DNA of 64,000 bases, from the IMG/VR virus record IMGVR_UViG_3300025671_000040; one strand, 5' to 3'. Numbering within the stretch: the stretch's first letter is position 1; the number at the start of each line of letters is the position of its first letter. The notes beneath the pieces were generated by a model, which worked only from the letters and a program-made list of their open reading frames with translations, made no database searches and was not told where the DNA came from. Made by a program: the position numbers and the translations under genes. Positions 1 to 8,501 of the stretch are shown here, piece by piece. Source of the DNA: an uncultured virus (IMG/VR IMGVR_UViG_3300025671_000040). Taxonomy: Duplodnaviria > Heunggongvirae > Uroviricota > Caudoviricetes.

Positions 1-130
1 TGCGGGGCGAGGTGCGGGGCGAGGTGCGGGGCGAGGTGCGGGGCGAGGTGCGGGGTACCGGGTGCGGGGTACCGGGTGCGGGGTACCGGGTGCGGGGTAC
101 CGGGTGCGGGGTACCGGGTGCGGGGTGTGG
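1..130 (+). repeat. G-rich tandem repeats: TGCGGGGCGAGG x4 then TGCGGGGTACCGGG x5
   Basis: 12-mer units at 1-48 and 14-mer units at 49-118, read directly. Confidence 0.95.
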
Positions 131-139
131 TCCTGCCCC

Positions 140-180
140 GAAACGCCGAAAGGCCCCGGCCCGGTGGGGGACCGGGGCCG
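140..180 (-). terminator. Probable intrinsic terminator of the 203..550 gene
   Basis: Minus strand GGCCCCGG...CCGGGGCC hairpin followed by TTTCGGCGTTTC. Confidence 0.6.
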
Positions 181-202
181 GGGCCAGTGGGGGAGGAAGG
201 GG

Positions 203-550
203 TCAGTCCCGGAAGACTTCCCCCATGAGCGCCGTCAGCAGCGGGGTCGGGGACCCGGCATCGGCGGCGGCATCTTCAGCAGCGGCGACCCGCTGGGTGG
301 CAACGTCGATCAGTTCGCACGGGACCCATGCGTCACACCCGGCGGTGTGGTCGATCTGGTAGTAGCTGCCATTGAACGTCTCCGGGGCGGCGCACTCGGC
401 ACACGCCTTGCCGGTGGGGATCACGTCGCCCTTGTTGACCCGGCGCCCGCACTCGGGGCAGTTCCAGTGGGTCACCCGGATCCGGGCGCCGGGGTCGATG
501 GGCATGTACCCCACCTCGTTCAGCTTCTCGTTGCAGTCTGGACAGTTCAT
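203..550 (-). CDS. Small Cys-rich (zinc-ribbon) protein
   Basis: CPDC, CPEC and CAEC motifs; GGGAGG RBS before the ATG. Confidence 0.8.
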   Translation of the reverse strand: MNCPDCNEKLNEVGYMPIDPGARIRVTHWNCPECGRRVNKGDVIPTGKACAECAAPETFNGSYYQIDHTAGCDAWVPCELIDVATQRVAAAEDAAADAGSPTPLLTALMGEVFRD

Positions 551-661
551 TCGCTTTCCTCCCGGTAAGCTCGCCCCCCGCCTTGGGGGGCTACCGCCAC
601 CCTACCGGGTTTCGCACCGGTTGTACACCCCCAGTCGAAAGAAATTTCGATCAATCTTTCG

Positions 662-843
662 ATTCCACGATGCGGAACGGTTCCACGATGCGGAACGAAC
701 GAACGTTCGCACGAACGGATGTTCGCACGAACAGGTGTTCGCACGAACAGGTGTTCGCCCCGCACGGATGTTCGCCGGGACCCTCCGGGTCAGCATCTCC
801 CGCTCAAGACCCCTCACTCTAACAGAGTCAATGGTGTCCCTAC
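662..843. repeat. Intergenic operator cassette, copy 1 (2 palindromes, 5 SOS-like boxes, motifs C and D)
   Basis: 662-678 and 680-696 (G/A)TTCCACGATGCGGAAC; CGAAC-N4-GTTCG at 696, 712, 728 and 744, degenerate at 761; ATGGTGTCCC at 831. Confidence 0.9.
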
Positions 844-921
844 CATACGGCGGTCCGGATTGCAAGCCTCCCCGCTCCCCGCCCCGGAACGATCCGGGGC
901 GGGGCGGCAGGGGGAGGAATC

Positions 922-1119
922 CTAGGCGGTCAGTTCCATGACCTTGCGGTCCGCAGCGTAGCGGAGCATGACCTTCACGCCCATACGGTCGGCATCCGCC
1001 TTGTTGATGTACGGGCCGTCCACGGTGCGGAAGTCCAGATTGCCGTTCCAGTCCTTGCGGGCGTCGGTCTGGTTACGGTACTCCCGACCGTATGCTGCCC
1101 GAACGGTGATGTATTGCAT
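922..1119 (-). CDS. Small phage hypothetical protein (AYGREY motif)
   Basis: GGAGG RBS; own promoter TTGCAA-N16-TACACT upstream. Confidence 0.8.
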   Translation of the reverse strand: MQYITVRAAYGREYRNQTDARKDWNGNLDFRTVDGPYINKADADRMGVKVMLRYAADRKVMELTA

Positions 1120-1239
1120 GATGCCTCCCGGCGGTAGTTGCCGCCCCCGTTGGGCGACTGCTGTCAGTGTAGCGTGGCGGGCGATGCTTGCAACGTCATC
1201 CGCCGATATTTCTCAGGAATCTTTCCGGCCCCGGATCGG

Positions 1240-1322
1240 TGGGGTGCGGTCCGGGGTGTGGGGTGCGGGGTGTGGGCGAGGTGTGGGCGAGGTGTGGGCG
1301 AGGTGTGGGCGGGGTGTGGGGG
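1240..1322 (+). repeat. G-rich tandem repeat (GTGTGGGCGAG)n
   Basis: Direct repeats related to those at 1-48 and 2441-2489. Confidence 0.9.
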
Positions 1323-1342
1323 CACCCCGCCCCGGTGTCACC

Positions 1343-1483
1343 CTACGGGCAGGAAGTCCAGCAGACGCTAGGGTCCTGCACGTTCGCCCAGATTGCCAGG
1401 GCGCAGTAGGTGATGACTGCCAGCATTCCCACTAGGAACGCCACGTCCAGCCAACGGGACCATGCCCGCCGCTGCCCGCTCAC
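1343..1483 (-). CDS. Small membrane protein
   Basis: Hydrophobic segment WLDVAFLVGMLAVITYCALAIW; GTG start overlaps the upstream stop. Confidence 0.5.
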   Translation of the reverse strand: MSGQRRAWSRWLDVAFLVGMLAVITYCALAIWANVQDPSVCWTSCP

Positions 1484-1764
1484 GGTGCCAGCAGGATCGA
1501 AAGCTCCCGCGTGATCGGAACGCAATCCGCCACCCGGCAGGCGATCAGCCCGGAAGCGAGGCGGGGGATGACGTACTCGTCCGCCGTCCACCCCGCACGG
1601 TCCACCCCGGCGATGCGGACGACGGTAGGGGGTCCGATCTCCCTCAACGAGGGCGGGATCACCGCATAGTTGAGGGGAAGATAGGCGGCGATCCTGGCGG
1701 CGTGCTTGTCGTAGGACTCGCCCGCCGGGACCGTGGATTCTAGGATCAGGATTTCTCTCCACAT
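1480..1764 (-). CDS. Phage hypothetical protein (AGWTADEYVIPRLASG motif)
   Basis: GGGAGG RBS at ATG 1764; motif reminiscent of actinophage hypotheticals. Confidence 0.75.
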   Translation of the reverse strand: MWREILILESTVPAGESYDKHAARIAAYLPLNYAVIPPSLREIGPPTVVRIAGVDRAGWTADEYVIPRLASGLIACRVADCVPITRELSILLAP

Positions 1765-1875
1765 GGTGCACCTCCCGATGCGTTGCCTCCCCCCTGTGGG
1801 GAGGTCTGCGACTACCCTATCACCGTTCGCACGGGTTGCGGTGGATGTCGTGCCAGAAATCTGAGAGATTTCGCC

Positions 1876-2030
1876 GTTCCGCATTGTGGAACGATTCCGC
1901 ATTGTGGAACGAACAGGCGTTCGCACGAACGAGTGTTCGCCTCCGGCGGGGGGTAGGCGGAGGGCAGCGGGAGGGGTCGGGACCTCCCGGCGGCGGCTGC
2001 GCTCCCTAACAGAGCCGATGGTGTCCCTAC
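1876..2030. repeat. Operator cassette copy 2
   Basis: Palindromes 1876-1892 and 1894-1910; SOS-like boxes 1910-1923 and 1926-1939; ATGGTGTCCC at 2018. Confidence 0.9.
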
Positions 2031-2105
2031 CACACTTCGGGCCGGGACGCAAGTCCACCCGTCACCCCACCCCGACGGATGCCGGGGCGGGGTTTGGGGG
2101 AGGTC

Positions 2106-2384
2106 TTACTTGAACATCCAGGCAGCGCCTTCTAGCTCAGATGCGATCCCGTCGAGGTCATCCCCGAGAACATCGACCAGGGCGGCGGTGACGTTGGCAC
2201 GCATGACGGCGGGGCCACCAGTCTCGGGGCGCTCGCAGGGGCGGCGGTTGAACAGGGTTCCGCAGCCTGATCCGAAGAAGATCATGCGGGCGTCTTGGTA
2301 GTCCTCGGCGTTGCCCTCTTCCACGGCATCGTGGAGGGACTCAACGTCCCAGGGTTCTCCGCAGGTGGTGCAGTAAATATCCAT
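2106..2384 (-). CDS. Zinc-binding phage protein (MDIYCxxCGEPWD)
   Basis: CTTC plus two later Cys; GGAGG RBS. Confidence 0.8.
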   Translation of the reverse strand: MDIYCTTCGEPWDVESLHDAVEEGNAEDYQDARMIFFGSGCGTLFNRRPCERPETGGPAVMRANVTAALVDVLGDDLDGIASELEGAAWMFK

Positions 2385-2440
2385 TGTGTCTTTCCTCCCG
2401 CCGAGTTTCCTCGGCGTATTGCTTTGGGTCGGGTGTGCCC

Positions 2441-2489
2441 CGAGGTGTGGGGCGAGGTGTGGGGCGAGGTGTGGGGCGAGGTGTGGGGG
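2441..2489 (+). repeat. G-rich tandem repeat (CGAGGTGTGGGG)x4
   Basis: Four 12-mers read directly. Confidence 0.95.
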
Positions 2490-2566
2490 AACACCCTGCG
2501 CCGGATTGCAAGTCGCTCCCGTAGCCCCGACCCGGTGGGGGAACCGGGCCGGGGTCGGGGGAGGAA

Positions 2567-2884
2567 TCAGTCGGTAAAGCCGCCCAGGTTGTCCTCGGCG
2601 GACTGCTCGGCGGCACGCTCGATGGCCTCGGCCTCGGCGTCGTCGGCGTCGGCGTCGGTGGCCTCGGCCTCGATGCGCTGGCCGTGGAGGTCGTAGCCCG
2701 GAACCAGGCAACCCTCTAGGGCGGCGAGCATGTTGGCCCAGTAGCAGCGCTGGCGGTCACGCTCGACTCGTGCGGTTTCCTCGGCCTGCATGGCCTTCTT
2801 CTCGGCCTTGGTGAGGAAGCCGCCCGTGCGGTTGCGGCTGATGGGCCGACGCTGCATCGGGATGTGAACAATCTTGGTATCCAT
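2567..2884 (-). CDS. Hypothetical protein with basic N-terminus and acidic C-terminus
   Basis: GGGAGGG RBS; promoter ending TACACT; N-terminus similar to 5097..5264. Confidence 0.75.
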   Translation of the reverse strand: MDTKIVHIPMQRRPISRNRTGGFLTKAEKKAMQAEETARVERDRQRCYWANMLAALEGCLVPGYDLHGQRIEAEATDADADDAEAEAIERAAEQSAEDNLGGFTD

Positions 2885-3014
2885 GGTGAACCCTCCCGGT
2901 TCTGGATCCTGCCCCTATCTGCGGGGCACCGACTCGGTGTCGGTAGAACCGAGTGTACACCCATTCGGACGGGTTGCGGCACATTTCACCAAAGAAATTT
3001 CGACCAATGTTTCG

Positions 3015-3166
3015 GTTCCACGATGCGGAACTGTTCCACCATGCGGAACGAACGCCTGTTCGCCCCGGCGGACGCTCGGCGGACGCTCGGCGGCAGGCGG
3101 GCTGCGCCCGGGTGGGCACCTCCCGGCACGCACGCGCTTGTCTATCCCTACCTATGGTGTCCCTAG
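3015..3166. repeat. Operator cassette copy 3
   Basis: Palindromes 3015-3031 and 3033-3049; SOS-like box 3049-3062; ATGGTGTCCC at 3154. Confidence 0.9.
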
Positions 3167-3249
3167 CACAGGTCGGGCCAGAATGCAAGTCGGCCCCGGC
3201 CCCGGCGCCCCGGCCCGGAGTGAACCGGACCGGGGCGAGGGGGGAGGAT

Positions 3250-3714
3250 TCAGTAGCTGCCCTCCTGCACGTGAAGGGGAAGGGCGGCGATGTGGTCGTT
3301 GATGTCCCAACCTTCACGGTATGCCATTTCCTGCTCGGTGAGGATGCGGTGGCGACGGGCGAGCCAGTCGTTGTCGTCCGGCCCTTCGGCCCACTCGCAG
3401 GCTTCCAGCCAGCTGTTGACGGCGCGGCGGAAGTTGGCGTAGTTGTCGGCACCGAGCAGCGACTGGTCGCCGTTCAGGATGCGACCGGCGAGCGAGTCCA
3501 GATGGGCCGTATCACCCGAGGTGTTGGCAGCCTTGGCCGATGCGATCAGCATCAGCAGCTCGCTGCGACGGCTGATGTAGCGCTCAAACGCCGTCACCAT
3601 GTGCTCGGCAGCCTCGGTCGGCGTCGGATCAACGTCGCCCATCTCGCAGGCGTGGCACATCCAGTCGATGCCGCAGCCGCCGACGTAGACGCCGTGCTTG
3701 CAGTGGTCAATCAT
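3250..3714 (-). CDS. Phage protein with N-terminal CxH...CxxC zinc motif
   Basis: CKHGVYVGGCGIDWMCHACEMG; RBS and promoter upstream. Confidence 0.8.
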   Translation of the reverse strand: MIDHCKHGVYVGGCGIDWMCHACEMGDVDPTPTEAAEHMVTAFERYISRRSELLMLIASAKAANTSGDTAHLDSLAGRILNGDQSLLGADNYANFRRAVNSWLEACEWAEGPDDNDWLARRHRILTEQEMAYREGWDINDHIAALPLHVQEGSY

Positions 3715-3817
3715 GATTTCTCCCAGGCGGTGGAGGCGGACCGTCCGGCCCCAACGCCATTCACTAGAGTACCGGCTGCTGCACCGTTTTCCACCCTGTC
3801 AGGTGAGATATTTCAGC

Positions 3818-3958
3818 GTTCCGTATCGTGGAACGGGTCCACCATGTGGAACGGCGAGCGGAAGCGGACGGAGGCGGGCGGAGGCGGGCGCCGCCGGAGG
3901 CGGGTCAGCATCTCCCGCTCAAAGGTTGTGTGTCTATCCCTGCCGATGGTGTCCCCAG
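3818..3958. repeat. Operator cassette copy 4 (no SOS box)
   Basis: Palindromes 3818-3834 and 3836-3852; GGGTCAGCATCTCCCG at 3902; ATGGTGTCCC at 3946. Confidence 0.9.
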
Positions 3959-4002
3959 CGGGGGCGAGGGCCGTAGCCCCCACCCCCAGGGGGGAGGTGA
4001 TC

Positions 4003-4116
4003 CTAGTCCTTGTAGCTACCGATGCCGGGCGGCTTGCAGCGACCGGATGAGACGTCGCGGAGTTCGTAGCGCACAGTGCCGATCCTCAGTTCGTCGGGCG
4101 GGGTGTCAGCGGTCAT
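4003..4116 (-). CDS. Tiny hypothetical protein (MTADTPP...)
   Basis: Overlapping start/stop with the upstream gene; shared junction sequence. Confidence 0.45.
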   Translation of the reverse strand: MTADTPPDELRIGTVRYELRDVSSGRCKPPGIGSYKD

Positions 4117-4282
4117 CGGTCGGTTCCCACTTCACGCCATCGACCCACACATGAACCGATCGCCCCGTCGGGGATGTGGTGACCTCGACCTTGCGGCCAA
4201 CGTCGATCACGGTTTGGTGGTAGGTGCCGCCTCGGTGCGTGAACGAGAACAGCCGTACGTCGGGTGTCTGGTCAGCGGTCAT
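4106..4282 (-). CDS. Small hypothetical protein (MTADQTP...)
   Basis: Translationally coupled; shared junction motif. Confidence 0.6.
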   Translation of the reverse strand: MTADQTPDVRLFSFTHRGGTYHQTVIDVGRKVEVTTSPTGRSVHVWVDGVKWEPTDDR

Positions 4283-4553
4283 CGGACAGGGCCTCTCTCC
4301 ATCGGTCTTGGTTCGTCTGGATGAACTTCGGGGCGGGCCTGTCGAACGCTTCCAACATCCCCAACAGGTGCGGGATGTCTCCCGATCGAGCGAGGTTGAC
4401 CTCCGCCTGTAGCCGTTCGATCTCGGCGGCGGCCATCTGTCGCAACGACTTAGGTCGGTCTGCGGCATCCGTCCAAGAGCAGTCGCACCCCAGCGACGCC
4501 GTATCGGCAAGCAGCCACTTCACGATTTCGCCGGGTGTCGGGGTGTCAGTCAT
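4272..4553 (-). CDS. Hypothetical protein (MTDTPTP...AAEIERLQA)
   Basis: Shares modules with 4546..4770. Confidence 0.65.
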   Translation of the reverse strand: MTDTPTPGEIVKWLLADTASLGCDCSWTDAADRPKSLRQMAAAEIERLQAEVNLARSGDIPHLLGMLEAFDRPAPKFIQTNQDRWREALSDDR

Positions 4554-4770
4554 CGGTCGGCTCCTCGGTAGCGGCGGCGAGGTACTCAGCATTGCGCTCA
4601 CGTATCGACGACATCCCGGTCATCCGAAACGCTGCGTTCTCCCACCGCTTGCACCTCGCCTGTAGCCGTTCGATCTCGTCGGCGGCAGCGATTGCATCTG
4701 CGTCGGGATAACCGCCGTGGACCTTGACTCGCAACCGTTCCACGAGGTCGGGTGTCGGGGTGTCAGTCAT
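4546..4770 (-). CDS. Hypothetical protein (DLVERLR...AADEIERLQA)
   Basis: Common small-phage-protein motif; RBS upstream. Confidence 0.7.
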   Translation of the reverse strand: MTDTPTPDLVERLRVKVHGGYPDADAIAAADEIERLQARCKRWENAAFRMTGMSSIRERNAEYLAAATEEPTDD

Positions 4771-4773
4771 CGG

Positions 4774-4926
4774 TCACTCTCCCTCCTCAGGGGCATAGAA
4801 CTGCCCCCATTCCTTGTCGGTCTTGCGGTTCGCAAGAACCCTGCTGGCAGCGGGGCCGTAGACCCCACGGGCGCACTCCACCCTCTCCTGATGGCGACGT
4901 GCGTCGCTCCTGTCAAACTGAGCCAT
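4774..4926 (-). CDS. Small hypothetical protein (50 aa)
   Basis: AGGAGG RBS; promoter TTGGTT...TACACT upstream. Confidence 0.6.
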   Translation of the reverse strand: MAQFDRSDARRHQERVECARGVYGPAASRVLANRKTDKEWGQFYAPEEGE

Positions 4927-5096
4927 CTCGGCCCTCCTCTTCCTTACCACTTCCTAGTGTAGCAGGTTCTGTCAGGAAACCAACGTCCGGGCCGGATTTC
5001 TTGGCAGAAAGTTTCGGGGCGCCGATGCGGGGTCGGTGCCTCCCGGCCAGGGGCGGGCCGGGGTGCGGGGCGGGGTGTGACCCCCGCCCCTGGGCG

Positions 5097-5264
5097 CTAG
5101 CCCTGCGCCTGGTTCAGGCGCTCGCACCGGGCGTGATCCCGGGCGACCCGCTGGGCCTCTGCGGCCTCCAGGCGCTCCCGCATCTCACGGGTGAGGAACG
5201 CTCCGGGACCGAACGCCGCCCGACTGATCTTGCGGCGCTTGGTTGGCACGTAGATGATGGACAT
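5097..5264 (-). CDS. Small basic protein, paralogous to the N-terminus of 2567..2884
   Basis: GGGAGG RBS; promoter TTGTTG...TAGACT. Confidence 0.65.
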   Translation of the reverse strand: MSIIYVPTKRRKISRAAFGPGAFLTREMRERLEAAEAQRVARDHARCERLNQAQG

Positions 5265-5444
5265 TTGCAGACCTCCCAGTCTGTCGGTGGTGGCTCCTCC
5301 GGCCACCTGTAGAACAGTCTACAGGTCACGGGACGAACAACAACCTTTCACCCAAACTTTTCCAGAAACTTTTTGCCGGGGTCAGGGCCTCCCGGTGCAC
5401 GGCATCAGGGCCGGGGTGGACCATCCACCCCGACCCCCTGCCCG

Positions 5445-5735
5445 TCACCCGTAGAGGGCGGCGTAGGTGAGGACCGGCACCCGGTCGGGGCCATCGGTCG
5501 GCGTTTCCGACCAGCCCTGCAGGATGCGGGACACCCCGGCCTTGTCGGACTGCGATCCCCAACCCGGCGAGATCGCCGCTACGTCACGGTCATCGGACAC
5601 CGTGAACATCAGGGTCGAGTAGTGCCACACGTCGGTCTGTCCGGCGTGAGTGTGGGCCACCCAGGTGGACGCCTTCACGTCACGGTCGGGGTTGGCCCGA
5701 CTCACGTCAAGCAGTTTCGGCAGTGAAGTCTGCAC
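5445..5735 (-). CDS. Hypothetical protein
   Basis: AGGAGG RBS before GTG; promoter TTGTGA-N17-TACCGT. Confidence 0.7.
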   Translation of the reverse strand: MQTSLPKLLDVSRANPDRDVKASTWVAHTHAGQTDVWHYSTLMFTVSDDRDVAAISPGWGSQSDKAGVSRILQGWSETPTDGPDRVPVLTYAALYG

Positions 5736-5831
5736 GGTACCTCCTAGTGCCCTGAGGTCGATCCCCAGCGGCACCCCCTACGGTACCGGCCTGCACACCC
5801 TTTCACAACGTGCTAGCTGAGATTTTTTTAC

Positions 5832-5972
5832 GTTCCGCATTGTGGAACAGTTCCACCATACGGAACAGGCGACAAACAGGCGGACGACAGCGGCGAGGCG
5901 GGCGAGCAGCCCGAGGGTGAGACCCTCCCGCCCCCATACGCGCTTGTCTATCAGAGCCTATGGTATCCCTAC
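5832..5972. repeat. Operator cassette copy 5 (no SOS box)
   Basis: Palindromes 5832-5848 and 5850-5866; ATGGTATCCC at 5960. Confidence 0.9.
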
Positions 5973-5998
5973 GGGTACCGGGGGCCGGTCGTCGGCGC

Positions 5999-6220
5999 TC
6001 ACAGCTGGTACCCCTCGCTCACGATCAGCTCGGCCCAGTCCGAGACGAGGGCGTCGAGGCGCTCGGTCAGCGGGGCGGGCACGGCCTCGGTGACGAGGCG
6101 CAGCGCCACTGACAGCGGGGTGTCAGCGTTCCAGATCTCCTCCTCGACACGCTCGATGTCGTGCTCGATGGCGGCTCGCCTCTCGTACGGGGCTTCGAGT
6201 CGGGCGTCGTAGCTGCTCAT
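5999..6220 (-). CDS. Hypothetical protein
   Basis: ATGA overlap with the upstream gene. Confidence 0.65.
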   Translation of the reverse strand: MSSYDARLEAPYERRAAIEHDIERVEEEIWNADTPLSVALRLVTEAVPAPLTERLDALVSDWAELIVSEGYQL

Positions 6221-6417
6221 CGCCCACGCTCCGGCAGGACCGTCAGCTCGTCGTGCAGGAAGGGGACCGAGGTCGGCTCCCCGTCGATGCCGAGGGCGGC
6301 GTCCTTGAGGGACACGGGGGTCACCTGATAGTAGCCCGGGATCCGGGACAGGCCGGTCACGATGCCGGTCCACCCGGCGTCGGTGCGGACTCGGAGGTTG
6401 AGGAGAGATGTCTTCAC
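6217..6417 (-). CDS. Small SH3-like beta protein (inferred)
   Basis: AAAGGA RBS; promoter GTGGAA-N17-TACACT. Confidence 0.6.
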   Translation of the reverse strand: MKTSLLNLRVRTDAGWTGIVTGLSRIPGYYQVTPVSLKDAALGIDGEPTSVPFLHDELTVLPERGR

Positions 6418-6489
6418 GGTGGTGGTTCCTTTGGTATGGGTGATGGTATCTGTATCGGTCAGTGTATCGGGGAACTTGAGGACTTCCAC

Positions 6490-6505
6490 TGTGACGTGTG
6501 TCACA
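6490..6505. promoter_or_regulatory. CRP/GlxR-type site
   Basis: TGTGA-CGTGTG-TCACA, abutting the -35 of a minus-strand promoter. Confidence 0.65.
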
Positions 6506-6511
6506 GGGCTG

Positions 6512-6832
6512 TCAGTAGCACCGGTCGCACGAGCAGTGCGGGCGGCGGTGCGACTCGCACCGGTCGCTCGCCTCGTGAGCCGGACCGTGCGGGTCGGTGC
6601 CGTCCTTGCGTGCGTCGCACGACGGGCACCCGGCGACGAACACGTTGTACCGGGAGCGCTGGATCTCCAGGTCACCGACCGGCAGGTAGCGGTACTCCTT
6701 GCCGGACTTCGCCGTCGCCATGACGGCGCCGTCCTGGGCGTTGCGTGCCACGCACTTGATGACACGGTCAGCGTGCGGTGCGTCCGTCACCAGGACGTCG
6801 TTCACTTGCAGCTCGGTGGGATGGATCATCAT
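6512..6832 (-). CDS. Phage protein with C-terminal Cys/His zinc motif
   Basis: CPSC...H...CES...HCSCDRC; AAGGAG RBS. Confidence 0.8.
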   Translation of the reverse strand: MMIHPTELQVNDVLVTDAPHADRVIKCVARNAQDGAVMATAKSGKEYRYLPVGDLEIQRSRYNVFVAGCPSCDARKDGTDPHGPAHEASDRCESHRRPHCSCDRCY

Positions 6833-7142
6833 CGGTTGTTCTCCTTGGGGAAGGGCGACCGTGCGCCGTGGATGAGATGGATGGTGCGATTGAGGGTGGT
6901 CGGGTCCGGGCGCTCGGCGTAGATCGTCGAGCAGTGGGCGGGGTAGCCCGTGTTCTGGGCCTGGTTGGACTTCATTGACAACTCCTTGTCAGTAGAGGCG
7001 GGTCATCGCCGCCTTGATGATCTGTTCGGATGAGAACATGGGTACTCCCTGACGGTGAGAACGGACGGTCCGTCATCAGCGCCACCCTTTAGGGTAGGGC
7101 ATCGAGCACGGTTTACCAACGTGCTAGGTAAGATTTCTTTGC

Positions 7143-7274
7143 GTCCCACAATACGGAACTGTTCCACATAGTGGAACGAACAAATGTTCGCCTCGACCGA
7201 AGGGGCGCCGCCGGAGGCGGGCCAGCATCTCCCGCTCAAAGGTTGTGTGTCTATCACTACCTATGGTGCCCCAC
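7143..7274. repeat. Operator cassette copy 6
   Basis: Palindromes 7143-7159 and 7161-7177; CGAACAAATGTTCG at 7177-7190; ATGGTGCCCC at 7263. Confidence 0.9.
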
Positions 7275-7363
7275 GGCAGGGGTCGCCCCCTCCGAGACTC
7301 ACCGGGTGCGGTGAGTCTCGAAGAGGACGTACAGCCCGATACCGATGGCCCAGATGAAGATAC

Positions 7364-7540
7364 TCACTTCTTCGCCTTGCTCTTGGAGGGTCGGAACTCT
7401 CCGTTCGGCCAAAGGTACTTGCCGTCCCGCTTGCCGTGGTTCTCACCACGGTGCGGCTTGCAGAACAGGCACTGCCCGTCCTTGAGGCGGGCCTTGTTGC
7501 GAAGCCGCTTCGTTTCGGCGGCGTCATTTCCGGACCACAT
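7364..7540 (-). CDS. Small basic CxxC protein (CLFCKPHRGEN)
   Basis: 58-aa ORF translated by hand; GGAAGG RBS and promoter upstream. Confidence 0.65.
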   Translation of the reverse strand: MWSGNDAAETKRLRNKARLKDGQCLFCKPHRGENHGKRDGKYLWPNGEFRPSKSKAKK

Positions 7541-7816
7541 AGCTTGTTTCCTTCCCTTGTGTCCTATTACTTAGGGTAGCGGTTTCTGCGAAGAAACCAA
7601 CGCCTAGGTAACATTTTCTTTTGAGAGCCTTACTTGCCCTCAGCCTCAGGGATGATCCAGAACTCTCGTTCGTCGTCCATTAGAGAAGCCCCCATACGGC
7701 TCGGGTGGCGAGTGCAATCAGAATCCACAAGGGGATGCTGAACACGGTCGCCCAGAAGATTCCTACCAAGACGTTTCCGTCTTCGTCCATAGCTCTGTCC
7801 TTCATTGTGCTTCCTC

Positions 7817-8008
7817 TCAGTGGGCGCAGCCGGTTTGGCCGCACGACCCACAATAGTCGTCGTCCGGGATTGGGAGCAAGTCTTTCACGCTCACTCGGTG
7901 TCGGTAGTCATCGCCAACAGCAACCACAAGCACGTCACCGCTCATGTCTGCCAGGCAGGAATCGTCAGCGTCCCACCAGAACTCATCGTCCGGGTCAGGC
8001 TCTGCCAT
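7817..8008 (-). CDS. Small acidic protein with C-terminal CxxCGQxGCxH
   Basis: VGDD...YCGSCGQTGCAH motif; start uncertain. Confidence 0.65.
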   Translation of the reverse strand: MAEPDPDDEFWWDADDSCLADMSGDVLVVAVGDDYRHRVSVKDLLPIPDDDYCGSCGQTGCAH

Positions 8009-8076
8009 CGGGAACCCACGACCCTCAGGTACCCCCGGAGGGGGAGCCGAGGGCCGAAGCCCCCGACCCCGCCGGG

Positions 8077-8313
8077 TCAGTCTCGGCGTTGGGTTTCTTC
8101 CCAAGCCTCGAAGTACCGTTCGCCCCAGGCGCTGTCGATCCACTGTTCGAGCGTGTCGATGACATCAGGGGAGTGGTAGCTGACATCGTTGTTGTCGATG
8201 GCCCGCTCGTAGTCCCAGGCGGCGTGGTGCTTGAGCCAGTGCTCGTACGCCTTGTCCCAGTATTCCTGGGAGGTGTTGGTGGTGAGCCATGCGTCGTAGT
8301 TGGGGAGTGTCAT
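8077..8313 (-). CDS. Trp-rich acidic hypothetical protein
   Basis: GGAGG RBS and promoter upstream. Confidence 0.7.
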   Translation of the reverse strand: MTLPNYDAWLTTNTSQEYWDKAYEHWLKHHAAWDYERAIDNNDVSYHSPDVIDTLEQWIDSAWGERYFEAWEETQRRD

Positions 8314-8501
8314 ACTGTTAGGGCCTCCTACCCTGCGGGAGCGGTCGCTCCACTTCTTCTAAGCGTAGCGGGGCAGGAACCGTTTCCCACCCCGCTAGCT
8401 AAAGTTTTTCGGAAACTATCCGAGGTTCGGCACGACCCCGAGCAGAAACGCTAGCGTCCGCCGAAACTGACGGTCAGTGACTCCCGGAGGGAGGTAGCCC
8501 A

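Noticed and set aside
836..866. Promoter TTGCAA-N17-TAGGGA driving a cassette ncRNA
   Set aside because: The -35 is present in only three copies and the -10 lacks the conserved final T; not supportable without TSS data
7161..7177. parS site
   Set aside because: Half-sites resemble GTTCCAC but are separated by 3 nt; parS has no spacer
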